Shown: positions 31,114-40,997, counted from the stretch's first letter. The stretch is DNA of 64,000 bases from Candidatus Hydrothermarchaeales archaeon (GCA_036444275.1 JAZGAD010000010.1:14271-78270); one strand, 5' to 3'. Notes: generated by a model from the letters alone, not told the origin. Numbers and translations: made by a program.

Positions 31114-31752
31114 ATGCTCATGAGCGATGCTGCACTCCTAGATAGGCTGAGAGATGACATTATGAATTTCGATTTCGAAGACATAGAAGAAGCTTGCCTA
31201 CACGCACTTGAAGCTGGAACCCCTATAGCAGAGATCGTGGATGCCATGCAGGAGGGTATGAAGACAGTGGAGATGCGCTACCAGAGGGAGGAGTATTACC
31301 TGCCTGAGCTCGTCATGGCCGGAGAAACAATGAATGAAGCCCTCGCCGTCCTCCGCCCGCATATGGGGAAAGAAGTTCAAAAAGGGATAGTGGTAGTTGG
31401 AACCATAAGAGGAGACCTCCATGATGTGGGAAAGAATCTTCTGGGAAACCTCCTTGAGGGTGCTGGCTTCTCGGTCTATGATCTCGGGGTTGATGTAAAG
31501 GCAGGGGATTTCATACAGGCAGTGAAAGAGAGGCAAGCAGGTGTGATATGCATGTCTGCCCTTATCTCAACTTCATTGAGGGAGATGCCAGCTGTAATTA
31601 AGTGCCTTGAGCAAGAGAGCTTTAAGAGACAGATTAAGGTCCTAGTCGGAGGAGGTGCTGTCAGCAGAGGTTTCGCGGAGAGAATAGGTGCAGATGCCTA
31701 TGCCAGTGACGCTCTAGAAGGCGTGGCGATAGTGAAGAGATGGCTTGCTTAG
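31114..31752 (+). CDS. Methyltransferase-system corrinoid protein
   Basis: GDLHDVGKN (DxHxxG), SAL, GGG, GADAY. Confidence 0.9.
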   Translation: MLMSDAALLDRLRDDIMNFDFEDIEEACLHALEAGTPIAEIVDAMQEGMKTVEMRYQREEYYLPELVMAGETMNEALAVLRPHMGKEVQKGIVVVGTIRGDLHDVGKNLLGNLLEGAGFSVYDLGVDVKAGDFIQAVKERQAGVICMSALISTSLREMPAVIKCLEQESFKRQIKVLVGGGAVSRGFAERIGADAYASDALEGVAIVKRWLA

Positions 31753-32054
31753 AGGTTTTTCATCAATATTCTTATCCTTAAGTGAAATCTGTACCTCCTC
31801 TTTCCATCCTTCATGCCCAAGTATTTCGTGCTCTCTGATATCTTGCCGTTGAGGGATCTCGCAATCCTAGATGCCGTCCTCCTAGCTACGCCCAGGGATG
31901 AAATATACACGTCCAAACCTCTACCAGACCTTGGTTGGAATATCTCCCATTCTACCCCTCCTGTAGCATATCTCTTTGTAATACTACGTACGACCTCGCG
32001 TTGTTCCTCTGTTAGCTCGTGATTAGCCCTGATTTGGATGAGGGCCTCATGCAT
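31749..32054 (-). CDS. NMD3 C-terminal-like small protein
   Basis: EALIQIR, GLDVYISS, KYLGMKDGKRRYR. Confidence 0.6.
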   Translation of the reverse strand: MHEALIQIRANHELTEEQREVVRSITKRYATGGVEWEIFQPRSGRGLDVYISSLGVARRTASRIARSLNGKISESTKYLGMKDGKRRYRFHLRIRILMKNL

Positions 32055-32314
32055 GAATATAATAGTAGAACGACAGCGATAAATAATTGCAGGAGGGGAA
32101 TTCGAAAACAAGTCTCTCTTTTTTAAGTTTCTTTCGGGTTCTGATAAGGGGACTGGGACTAGAAACTTTTTATATTTTCTTCGAGTTTCTGCTGTTTCTT
32201 AAAAATCCATATGAGCTTTTCCCCGTAACTCATGTTGTCCCACTTTTCTGGTTTCTCTATACTTTCCATGTTTTTAGCGGTTTTTCGGCGCCTATATTAT
32301 AGCTTTCCTTCGTC

Positions 32315-32327
32315 TTCTTGAATACCA
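32315..32327 (+). repeat. Left copy of 13-bp direct repeat TTCTTGAATACCA
   Basis: Identical to 44249-44261. Confidence 0.55.
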
Positions 32328-32491
32328 GAAATCGAAACGCCTTAATATAAGAATTATCTCGTATGCTTATCTGGCAGAAGGTGGGCTGGTTATTATCCTA
32401 AGCTGGAGGTTCTAGTGTTAGTGTTAAACCGGCGATGAGTTTTTATTGAAGTGCTCGGATAAATTACGGATAATGGCGGAAATAAATAGGT

Positions 32492-33509
32492 ATGGATACG
32501 GCTGGGAGGATAACCGTCAGCTTCCCATATAATCCTTCCTACATTACAAAGATAAAAAGCATAAAAGGTCACAGGTGGCATCCTGAAGAAAAATACTGGC
32601 GTGTGCCATACTCTGAGCTTGAAAACCTCTTATCTGTCTTTGATGGCGAGAAGGCTGATATCGACTCCGCTCTCTATTTCGAGCCCCTGAGAAAAGAGCT
32701 TGCATCGAGGAAGTACAGCCGGAGAACGATGAAGATGTATCTGCAGTACAATGAGGATTTCTTGAGGTTTGCAAGGAAAACTCCTTACAAGATTTCCAAT
32801 AGCGACGTGAGGGATTATCTGTATCACTTGGCGGAGGAGAGGGATGCATCTGCCTCTACCCTGAATATTGCTATAAATGCGTTGAAGTTCTACTATGGTG
32901 AGATCTTAAAGCGGGGGTTTGCTTATGGGATTAAGAGGCCTAAGAAGGATAAGAAAATGCCCGTTGTATTAAGTCCGGAGGAAGTTTCCAAGATTTTATC
33001 TTCACTTTCAAACATCAAGCATAAAGCCATTCTTATGCTTATGTATTCTGCTGGATTAAGAGTTGGTGAAGTTGTGAAGTTGAGGGTTGAGGATATAGAT
33101 ACTGGAAGAAAGTTAATTCATATCCGTGGTGGGAAAGGAAGGAAAGATCGCTATACTATACTTTCAGATGTTGCATTGGAGACCCTCAAAGTATATATCA
33201 ACGCCTGCAATCCAGAAAATTGGCTTTTTCCTGGGGGGAAAGGATAGAGGGCATGTTACCACAAGAACTGTGCAAAGGATATTTGAAGATGCCGTCAGAG
33301 AGGTCGGTGTTGGCAAAGACGTTAGCGTTCATTCTTTGAGACATAGCTTTGCAACACATCTATTAGAAAGCGGCGTAGATTTGAGGTATATTCAGGAATT
33401 GTTAGGGCACAAAAGCAGTAAAACGACAGAGATATACACTCATGTGAGCAACAAGTCTTGGAGCAGAATAAAAAGCCCTCTGGATCTAATTCAAAGAGGT
33501 GGGACATGA
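32492..33509 (+). pseudogene. Integron-integrase-like tyrosine recombinase split by a 1-nt frameshift
   Basis: SAM-like N-domain, [34 protein letters not shown]; break at the G6 run 33233-33238. Confidence 0.9.
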
Positions 33510-33536
33510 GGGAGTTTGGTAGCATCCGGGATGGGT

Positions 33537-33606
33537 ATATGCGCAATGCAGATATAATTCTAAATAGGGATGATATACGCAATGCGTATATGAACGAGTT
33601 AGGCGA
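33537..33606 (+). other. attI-like site
   Basis: Two related palindromes 36 bp apart followed by GTTAGGC core at 33598-33604. Confidence 0.7.
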
Positions 33607-33654
33607 AATTTTTAAATCGCCTTTATAAGAACTTAAAAAAGGAATGTGAAATAG

Positions 33655-35055
33655 TTGAATATGAAAGCTTTAATACTTGCCGCTGGAGACGGTGGCAGAT
33701 TGGGCAACTTAACTAAAAATAAACCCAAGCCCCTGATTAAACTTTTGGGATTAACTTTGATCGAAAGAGTAATATTAACTGCAAAACAAGCAGGCATTAA
33801 AGAATTCGTGATAGTTTTTGGTTATCTGGGTGACAAAATAAAAGCAAAATTGGGAACTGGAGATAGGTATGGAGTAGAAATAAACTATATCGAAAATAAT
33901 GACTGCCAAAAAGAAAATGGGATCTCTGTATTAAAGGCCAAAGGATTGTTAAATGAAAACTTCATCCTGTTAATGTCAGACCATATCTTTGATAATCGTA
34001 TTCTGAAAGAACTTATCGATTATGATACAAAAAGTTCAGTTGTTTTAGCTATTGATAGAAGAAAATCTCTACCAGGAGACACAAAGGTTCTGGAGAAGGA
34101 AGGAAGAATTGTTGATATCGGTAAAAATATAGAAGAATCAAACTGCATAGATACGGGTATCTTCTTGTGCTCACCAAAAATATTTTCTCATATTGAAGAA
34201 GCAGTAAAAGAAGGTAAAACTGAGCTTGCACATGATATTGCTAAAGCTGTTAAGAACAGAGATGCAGAAATATTCGACATCACGCAAATTAACAGCTATA
34301 TCCCGAGCATGCGGAAGGAGATTAAAGCTTTCTGGATAGATATTGATACAAAGGAGGATTTAATCAAAGCAAAAAAGCTTTTAATTGAGAATGCCTGTAA
34401 AGGACGAAATGACCTGCTTGCAACCTATGTGAATAAGCCAATAGAAAATTTTATTGTAAGCAGATTGGCGAACACGCAGATTACACCAAACCAGGTTACT
34501 ATACTAACAAACATAGTTGCTTATACATCCACATTTTTATTTCTCGAAGGATATCTATTGTTTGCTTCCATTCTCACCTTTATCGTTTCATTTATGGACG
34601 GTGTGGACGGAAAACTTTCAAGAGTGAAAATAGCCTTTTCAAATATTGGGAAAATGGAGTACGCCTTCGATTTTCTTTATGAGCATTCATGGTATATCGC
34701 CTTAGCCATCTATCTATCAAAGGACTATGGACTATCAGCGATTTTACTGTGCACATTCATACTCCTGTTTGATGGTTTTTCTCATTTTTGCAGACAGGCG
34801 TTTGGGAAGGCAATAAAGGACCGCCCATTAACAGATTATGGACGAATTGAACGGCTATTCAGAAAATTTGATGGTAGGAAGAACAGTTATATAATTTTTA
34901 TCTTAATAGGTGTTTTGCTAAATGCACCTTTCTGGTCATTAGTTGCAATATCTGTATGGTCATTGGTCAGTGCTATATTTTATTCTTCAAGGGCGATTTT
35001 GCATTTATATCGAGCCGATAAATCAACTCAGGGACCATATGGGAGCAAAAGATGA
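33655..35055 (+). CDS. Bifunctional inositol-1-phosphate cytidylyltransferase / CDP-alcohol phosphotransferase (IPCT/DIPPS-like)
   Basis: LAAGDGGR..KP NTP-transferase domain fused to a TPNQVT..DGVDGKLSR membrane domain. Confidence 0.85.
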   Translation: MNMKALILAAGDGGRLGNLTKNKPKPLIKLLGLTLIERVILTAKQAGIKEFVIVFGYLGDKIKAKLGTGDRYGVEINYIENNDCQKENGISVLKAKGLLNENFILLMSDHIFDNRILKELIDYDTKSSVVLAIDRRKSLPGDTKVLEKEGRIVDIGKNIEESNCIDTGIFLCSPKIFSHIEEAVKEGKTELAHDIAKAVKNRDAEIFDITQINSYIPSMRKEIKAFWIDIDTKEDLIKAKKLLIENACKGRNDLLATYVNKPIENFIVSRLANTQITPNQVTILTNIVAYTSTFLFLEGYLLFASILTFIVSFMDGVDGKLSRVKIAFSNIGKMEYAFDFLYEHSWYIALAIYLSKDYGLSAILLCTFILLFDGFSHFCRQAFGKAIKDRPLTDYGRIERLFRKFDGRKNSYIIFILIGVLLNAPFWSLVAISVWSLVSAIFYSSRAILHLYRADKSTQGPYGSKR

Positions 35056-35132
35056 AGATAAGAATGATGTGGCTTGGGAAGGTCGTCAACGGACCTTCCA
35101 TCCACCTGAAATTAGTAGGGAGGGCTTGAACA

Positions 35133-36257
35133 ATGAAGATCGCTTACGTATCAACCTATCTCCCCAAACAGTGTGGGATAGCCACCTACACGGATTATCT
35201 CATTCACGGTCTCAGAGAGGTGGATCCGGCATTGGAGATTAAGATCATTGCCGAACAAGGAGCATCTCCTATCAAACAAGATAAACTTGAAGTGATCCCC
35301 TCCTGGGATAGAAACGAGGATTATGTAGAACCTATCATCTCACGCACAAAGGGTGCAGATGTAATCCACATTCAGCACGAATACGGCATATACAAATTTG
35401 ATGATAGATTACCATTATTACTCCAGGGATTGGACCCAGATGCCCGGAAGGTGATAACCATCCATTGCGTGAGACCAGCTCAGTTCTCCGAAAGAGATGC
35501 TGTAGATGAGAATTTTGCAGCAAAAATCGCTCAACTTGCCGATCAGGTCATCGTACACCTTGAGTCGCAAAAAGCAATCCTGACACGACTTGGAATACCA
35601 TCAGGAAAGATTCACATTATTCCCCATGGAACAGTGCTTAGTGATGAGGATAAAGAGGCTTCACGGAAGAGGCTCGGACTGCCCAAGGACGCAAAGATAC
35701 TTCTCATGTTCGGGTTTGTCAAGAAACACAAGTGTTTACACATCGTTCTTGAGGCCCTCGTTGAGATATTGGAGAAATTCAAAGATATATATCTATTTGT
35801 GGCCGGAGGTCTTGCTCCAATAGCCTCACAGAAGGACAGGGACTATGCAGAATATGTGGGCAAGAGGATAGCGGAACTGGGGCTTCAGAAGAACGTCATC
35901 TACCCAAACAGGTTCTTTCCCAACGAAGATGTGCCATATCTGTTGGGGGCATCTGACATTATCCTGTTTCCTTACTATGAGGAGGACCGCTCTGCCTCGG
36001 GCTCATTTCACCTGGCCATTGGTGCGAAAAAACCAGTTATTGCTTCGAGGATACCCAAGTTTGAAGAACTGAGAAATATCTGCGATGAACTTCTTGTCCT
36101 TCCGTATAACTCTTCGGGAATTGCAAAAGTAGTCATTCGTCTTTTTGAAGACTCAAAATTTCGGCAGTATGTAGTCAATCGCACCGAAGAATACAGAAAT
36201 CTTACCTCCTGGCAAACCGTAGCGCACCAACACTTGAAATTGTATAAGGGAGTTTGA
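35133..36257 (+). CDS. GT4-like glycosyltransferase
   Basis: CGIATY, HIQHEYG, FGF..KK, PY...SASG. Confidence 0.85.
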   Translation: MKIAYVSTYLPKQCGIATYTDYLIHGLREVDPALEIKIIAEQGASPIKQDKLEVIPSWDRNEDYVEPIISRTKGADVIHIQHEYGIYKFDDRLPLLLQGLDPDARKVITIHCVRPAQFSERDAVDENFAAKIAQLADQVIVHLESQKAILTRLGIPSGKIHIIPHGTVLSDEDKEASRKRLGLPKDAKILLMFGFVKKHKCLHIVLEALVEILEKFKDIYLFVAGGLAPIASQKDRDYAEYVGKRIAELGLQKNVIYPNRFFPNEDVPYLLGASDIILFPYYEEDRSASGSFHLAIGAKKPVIASRIPKFEELRNICDELLVLPYNSSGIAKVVIRLFEDSKFRQYVVNRTEEYRNLTSWQTVAHQHLKLYKGV

Positions 36258-36258
36258 G

Positions 36259-37299
36259 ATGAAGATAGGAATGATGACCGCTTGGAACCAAGATGTAGGA
36301 CCTTCTATTCATGCCGAGCTGATCGGCAGAGAATGGGTGAAGATGGGTCATGAGCTTAGAATTTTTTCCTTCCTTAAGTCAGATTTTCATGGCACAGCCA
36401 TTGTTGGTCAGGATGAGGAGTATGTGCTCCGATGTTTTACTACATCTACGGCAGAAAGACCATTTTTGGATGCTCGTCCCTTCGTAGAATTCCATCCCGA
36501 TATTTTCATTACCCAAGATCTTGGGACGTTGCCAATGGATGCTCTCGCAAAGATTTTCCACCTTATAAAAAAAGAAGCAAAGACGATAACCGTGATCCAC
36601 GATCGAATGCTTTCATCAAATCCATCTTTTTATCAATTTGAATGGGATGCGATTATTTGTAGCGATAAAAGGTACGTAGAATTTCTTAAAGAGGCTTATC
36701 CAGAGGAAAAAATCTATGTAATACCCCATCCATACAATAAGTGGAGAGCCGGGGATAAGATTCGGGCAAGAAAGAAATTAGATCTGCCACTCGATAAGAA
36801 GATTATCCTGAACTTTGGTCAAAGAGTAAAGGATTTCAAAGAAACACTTCCTGCGATTTCCGAACTTCAGTCCAACTATCCGATTCTTGTTTTGGTAGTT
36901 ACCAGAGAAGAAATAGAAGAACTCAGAAGAGAAACAACTTTACCAATTGAGATAAGGGAAGAGAGCCCATGTATAGAAAGGGTTTATGAGTATTTACACG
37001 CATCAGATGCCATGGTACTTCACCGTAAATCTATTGAGGGGATTGTCTATTCAAGCACCACTTATCAGTGCTTAGGATCAGGTTGTTCCGTCGTTGCGCT
37101 AAACTCAAACTTCTTCCAGCCATTTGGTGTGGAAGTCTTAAAATATGATGACTTAGCGGGCTTAAAGGAGTGCCTAATCGATATATTTAAAGAAGGAAAA
37201 AGATATAAAACAGCAAAATTATTAGCGGAAAGGGTGGTAAAAAGAAATACTCCACAAGAGATAGCAACTAAATTCATTAAACTTTTTGAATCGCTGTGA
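36259..37299 (+). CDS. GT-B glycosyltransferase (paralogue of 38056-39099)
   Basis: MKIGMMTAWN..HAE..W.KMGH N-terminus shared with the paralogue. Confidence 0.7.
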   Translation: MKIGMMTAWNQDVGPSIHAELIGREWVKMGHELRIFSFLKSDFHGTAIVGQDEEYVLRCFTTSTAERPFLDARPFVEFHPDIFITQDLGTLPMDALAKIFHLIKKEAKTITVIHDRMLSSNPSFYQFEWDAIICSDKRYVEFLKEAYPEEKIYVIPHPYNKWRAGDKIRARKKLDLPLDKKIILNFGQRVKDFKETLPAISELQSNYPILVLVVTREEIEELRRETTLPIEIREESPCIERVYEYLHASDAMVLHRKSIEGIVYSSTTYQCLGSGCSVVALNSNFFQPFGVEVLKYDDLAGLKECLIDIFKEGKRYKTAKLLAERVVKRNTPQEIATKFIKLFESL

Positions 37300-37307
37300 T
37301 GGGTAAA

Positions 37308-37424
37308 ATGAAATCTAAAACTTTTGTTGGTAGAGAGAATAAATTAAAGCTACTGGAACACTATTTTGAAGAAACCATCAAAAACAAAAAAAGGCATTGT
37401 TATTTTGCTTACATGAGGAAATAG
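37308..37424 (+). pseudogene. Archaeal ATPase N-terminal fragment
   Basis: MKSKTFVGRENKLKLL.. (FVGRE motif) then truncated. Confidence 0.4.
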
Positions 37425-37427
37425 GTA

Positions 37428-37772
37428 TTGGCAAACAGACGCTTAACACCCTGGGGCAGCTGGCAGGTTCTTGCTGAAGGCCGAGAATATAAGGTAAAAC
37501 TGATTAAAGTGAAGCCAGGGCACCGCTTTAGCCTCCAGTTGCATAATCGTAGAGATGAGCACTGGATGGTTGTTTCAGGTCAAGCAAGAGTAGAGATTGG
37601 AGACAAAACAGTTAAAGCTAAACCCGGAAAATACATATTCATTCCTAAAAAGACGAAGCACCGGCTGCAAAATCCGGGAAAGAGTCGTCTCGTGGTAATT
37701 GAGGTTCAAAGGGGTAAATATCTAGAAGAGGACGATATTGTTCGCCAAGAAGATAATTATGGAAGGTCATGA
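37428..37772 (+). CDS. Type II mannose-6-phosphate isomerase cupin domain
   Basis: PWGSW, SLQLH..RDEHW, HRLQN, EVQRG.YLEEDDIVR. Confidence 0.9.
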   Translation: MANRRLTPWGSWQVLAEGREYKVKLIKVKPGHRFSLQLHNRRDEHWMVVSGQARVEIGDKTVKAKPGKYIFIPKKTKHRLQNPGKSRLVVIEVQRGKYLEEDDIVRQEDNYGRS

Positions 37773-38032
37773 AACTTAATTCAGAGATTTTTAGAGAGCA
37801 CGATATAAGGGGAGTGGTTGATAAGGACTTGGATCCGGAGGTGGTGGAAGAAATTGGTAGGGCCTTTGGGGCTTATATTGGGAAGGGTAAGGTGGCGGTA
37901 GGACAGAGGGGATATTGAGATAATGAGCAAAGATTTAAAACTTAGCAACTAGAGTTAGAAGAGATTAATGATATCTTCATCGAAAGGCTTAAGAAGTATC
38001 CTCAAATGGACATTAAGCCGTTTAGAGGATAA
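37769..38032 (+). pseudogene. Phosphomannomutase/phosphoglucomutase remnant (internal deletion)
   Basis: MKLNSEIFREHDIRGVVDKDL..IGRAFG..VAVG then stop at 37918; a possible C-terminal remnant follows. Confidence 0.75.
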
Positions 38033-38055
38033 TTATTTTGGAAGGAGGCTAGAGG

Positions 38056-39099
38056 ATGAGAATTGCTATGATGAGTGCTTGGAACACAGATAGTGGAGTA
38101 GCTGTACATGCAGAACCATTGGGCAAAGCCTGGATAAAGATGGGACATAAGTTAACTGTATTTACTTTCATCAAGGATGACTTCCATGGGGAGGGGTTTA
38201 CCGGCGAAGATGAGGAGTATGTAGTCAGATGTTTTGGCACTCAAGAGCATACCAACTTCTTAGACCCCCGGCCTATCCTCACCACGGACTTTGATATCTT
38301 CGTAGTTCAGGATTTAAGGATACTTCCAGTAGAAAAATTAGCCAAAGTATTTAGCCTGATTAAACAGCGGGCCATGACAATACATATAGTTCATGAAAAT
38401 AAATTACCTGATGATGCCTGGTTTTATCAATTTGACTGGGACAAGGTAGTCTATTTTGATCAGAGGCAGGAATTCCTAAAAGAGATATACCCTGACGCTA
38501 AACTTATCCCTTTTCCTTGTTATGAACTAAGAAGGCGTGATAAGCTTGAGGCAAAAAAGAGGTTAGAGCTCCCCCTGGATAAGAAAATCATCTACTCTTT
38601 TGGCCAACGCGGCTATCATTCCTATCTTCGAAACTTACCTGATGAGATTAAAGATAAGGCAGTGCTTCTACATGTTGTCTCCAAAGAATACCAGATGCTT
38701 GAAGAGGAATCTCCTCCCGATTGGATGATTATTAGAAGAGAGGATGTTTTATCCCGCGAGAAATTTAATGACTATCTCTTTGCCTCGGATGCGGCTATTT
38801 TTCATAAGTTCCAGAGCCGTTATCATGCCGTTGTTTCCTCTACGGTCTTTCAGGCATTAGGTTGTGGTTGCCCAATCTTAGTTCCCCGGCAATCGGATTT
38901 CTTTCATCCTATGCAGAATGAGGTCATACGTTATGGAGATACTCCCGACTTAAATAGGAAGCTGCTTGAATTATTTGGAGATGAACAGACATCTCAAACA
39001 GTCCAAGACGCAGCAGAAGGGTTTGTGTCAATGAATTCACCAGAAAAAATTGCCAAAAGGTATATCGGGCTATTTACTGAGGTCTTAAGAGCAAGATAA
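38056..39099 (+). CDS. GT-B glycosyltransferase (paralogue of 36259-37299)
   Basis: MRIAMMSAWNTDSG..HAE; VSST.FQALG.GCP. Confidence 0.7.
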   Translation: MRIAMMSAWNTDSGVAVHAEPLGKAWIKMGHKLTVFTFIKDDFHGEGFTGEDEEYVVRCFGTQEHTNFLDPRPILTTDFDIFVVQDLRILPVEKLAKVFSLIKQRAMTIHIVHENKLPDDAWFYQFDWDKVVYFDQRQEFLKEIYPDAKLIPFPCYELRRRDKLEAKKRLELPLDKKIIYSFGQRGYHSYLRNLPDEIKDKAVLLHVVSKEYQMLEEESPPDWMIIRREDVLSREKFNDYLFASDAAIFHKFQSRYHAVVSSTVFQALGCGCPILVPRQSDFFHPMQNEVIRYGDTPDLNRKLLELFGDEQTSQTVQDAAEGFVSMNSPEKIAKRYIGLFTEVLRAR

Positions 39100-39134
39100 G
39101 ATGTGCAAGAAAAATTTTATCATCGAGCCATTTT

Positions 39135-39407
39135 GTGGATTATCCAAACAACCCAATTTTAGCTCCGGCAAAAGGTTTCACCTCACAAGGAATATATAAC
39201 CCTACAGTGATTAAAGAAGGAAAAAAATTCTTTATGCTATTCAGGGCTGAGGCAGAAGATGAGTTGACGGGAAGGATAGGGCTTGCTAAAAGTAGTGATG
39301 GCATCCAATTTAGCTTGCACCCCGAACCAGTAATAGTGCCTTCTGCGGATTTCGATAAGTTCGGCTGTGAAGACCCCCGGGTGGTGAGATTTAAAGATAC
39401 TAAGTAA
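39135..39407 (+). pseudogene. Truncated GH130-like glycosidase/phosphorylase
   Basis: NPIL..YNP..RIGLA.S.DG..GCEDPRV then stop. Confidence 0.75.
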
Positions 39408-39410
39408 AAT

Positions 39411-39661
39411 GTGGGAAGAATCAAGATTGCTATTATAGGAGTAGGCAACTGCGCCAGTTCTCTGGTGCAAGGTTTATGGTTCTATAAAGATTCATCAGAA
39501 GAAAAAGTTATCGGCTTAATGCACTACGATGTTGGTGGGTACAAGGTATGGGATTTGAGGTAGCGGCTGCCTTTGATATCGATAAGCGAAAGGTTGGCAA
39601 GCCCTTGAATGAGGCGATATTTGCCAGGCCGAACTGCAGGAGAATTTATAAAATTATTTAA
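39411..39661 (+). pseudogene. ino1: Inositol-3-phosphate synthase fragment, frameshifted
   Basis: [18 protein letters not shown]..., frameshift near 39553, then [25 protein letters not shown]. Confidence 0.85.
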
Positions 39662-39685
39662 CAAGTTGTTATAAGGGGTAATGTA

Positions 39686-40855
39686 ATGAACACTTTGGAA
39701 GAATTAGGAGATGGCAAGGTTATCGAAATCGAATCAGGAGCGACCATTTTTAAACTGGAGTCCGATGAAAAAAACCCTATTGTCAGACCCCAAGACCTCG
39801 GGCTCACCTGGAATGAGAATGGCGAATCGAAGATTGGGGCAGTTTTCAACGGTGGGGCTGAATTTTTCGAGAATAAGGTTATTCTTTTGCCAAGGTGTCA
39901 TAGAGATTACCGAAAGGGCGAATTCTTTGACGAAAAGTTAGGCATTGAGAGGACCTGCCTGGAAAACTACATTTCCGAGGTTTGGCCTTTGGTGAGCGAG
40001 GATGGCGTCCACTTCACCAGATTCCATAACGTGGTAATCCGGGGCGATGGCACCGACCATCAGGACTTTACCTACGGAATAGAGGACATCCGAATCGTTA
40101 AGTACGGCCGGAGATACCTGCTGATCGGGTGTGGGAAGATAAAACCTCCGTTTAAAGGCGGCAATGCGGATCGAATTGCCATTTACACAACCAAAGATTT
40201 TGTGAAGATTAACTATCAGGGCATAGTGGACTCCTTTGACTCGCGCAATGCGGTTCCCTTCTCCGAGCCGGTAAATGGACAACACTGGATACTCCTGCGT
40301 TTTCATACTAATATTCACATAGATTTTCTTGAAGCCGGCATAAATCAATTGCTGAATCCTTCCCAGCACACAGAACAGTGGGATGAAATCTATGAGCGAC
40401 AGAGCCAGAATCTCCTTTTAGAAGCTGGGCACTACCCGCACGAAAAGCAGAAAATCGGCCCGGGCCCCCAGGTGCTCAGAACCGATAGGGGTTGGTTGCT
40501 CATCTACCATGCTGTTGGTGAGATAGAATATAATATCTGCAAAGCCTACGGGTTGACGGAAAAAATTGAAAGAGGATACTCCATCTGCGCTGCCCTTTTG
40601 GACTTAGACGATCCACGAAAGGTGCTTTGTCGAACCAGAAATCCAATCTATATTCCTTCAACCCCTTACGAATTATATGGTAACGATCAATATCCAGTGG
40701 ATGTGTCTGCAGTCGTTTTTCCCATGGGTGCTATTGTTCGAAAAGAAAAACTGATTCTCTATGCCGGAGCTGGCGATAAATACATCATCCTTTTGAGCTG
40801 CGATCTTGATAACTTAGTTAATTATTTATGGGAGTATTGCAAGTACATTGCATAG
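39686..40855 (+). CDS. GH130-like glycosidase/mannoside phosphorylase
   Basis: AVFNGGA, GIEDIRI, KIGPG, WLLIYH, VVFP.G, YAGAGD. Confidence 0.8.
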   Translation: MNTLEELGDGKVIEIESGATIFKLESDEKNPIVRPQDLGLTWNENGESKIGAVFNGGAEFFENKVILLPRCHRDYRKGEFFDEKLGIERTCLENYISEVWPLVSEDGVHFTRFHNVVIRGDGTDHQDFTYGIEDIRIVKYGRRYLLIGCGKIKPPFKGGNADRIAIYTTKDFVKINYQGIVDSFDSRNAVPFSEPVNGQHWILLRFHTNIHIDFLEAGINQLLNPSQHTEQWDEIYERQSQNLLLEAGHYPHEKQKIGPGPQVLRTDRGWLLIYHAVGEIEYNICKAYGLTEKIERGYSICAALLDLDDPRKVLCRTRNPIYIPSTPYELYGNDQYPVDVSAVVFPMGAIVRKEKLILYAGAGDKYIILLSCDLDNLVNYLWEYCKYIA

Positions 40856-40879
40856 GAACTACCATTGACTTGGCACATC

Positions 40880-40949
40880 GCCTAACAACGGCTAAAAGGC
40901 TCCGCCCAAATTTGCTCCGCTAACTTCTTTTATCCGCAATACGTTAGGT
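40880..40949 (+). repeat. attC-like site 1
   Basis: GCCTAAC-A-ACGGCTAAAAG ... ACTT-CTTTTATCCGC-AATAC-GTTAGGT. Confidence 0.8.
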
Positions 40950-40997
40950 GAAATGCCTAAGCCCGCTTTGATGGTAAAATTAAAATAAGAATATGTC

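Noticed and set aside
31114-31752. Corrinoid protein plus CbiA/CfbB as evidence of methanogenesis
   Set aside because: No mcr, mtr or other cfb genes in the window; both families occur in non-methanogens.
32492-33509. Housekeeping XerA
   Set aside because: Frameshifted, has an extra N-domain and IntI-like termini (IKSPLD), and sits at the head of a cassette array.
35077-35099. Hairpin GGAAGGTC-N7-GACCTTCC between DIPPS and GT4
   Set aside because: Lacks TAAC/GTT boxes; at most an RNA stem-loop.
39657-39675. TAAC-AAGTT-GTTA as a collapsed internal att site in cassette 1
   Set aside because: No arms, no ACTT motif and no end complementarity; too short to distinguish from chance.
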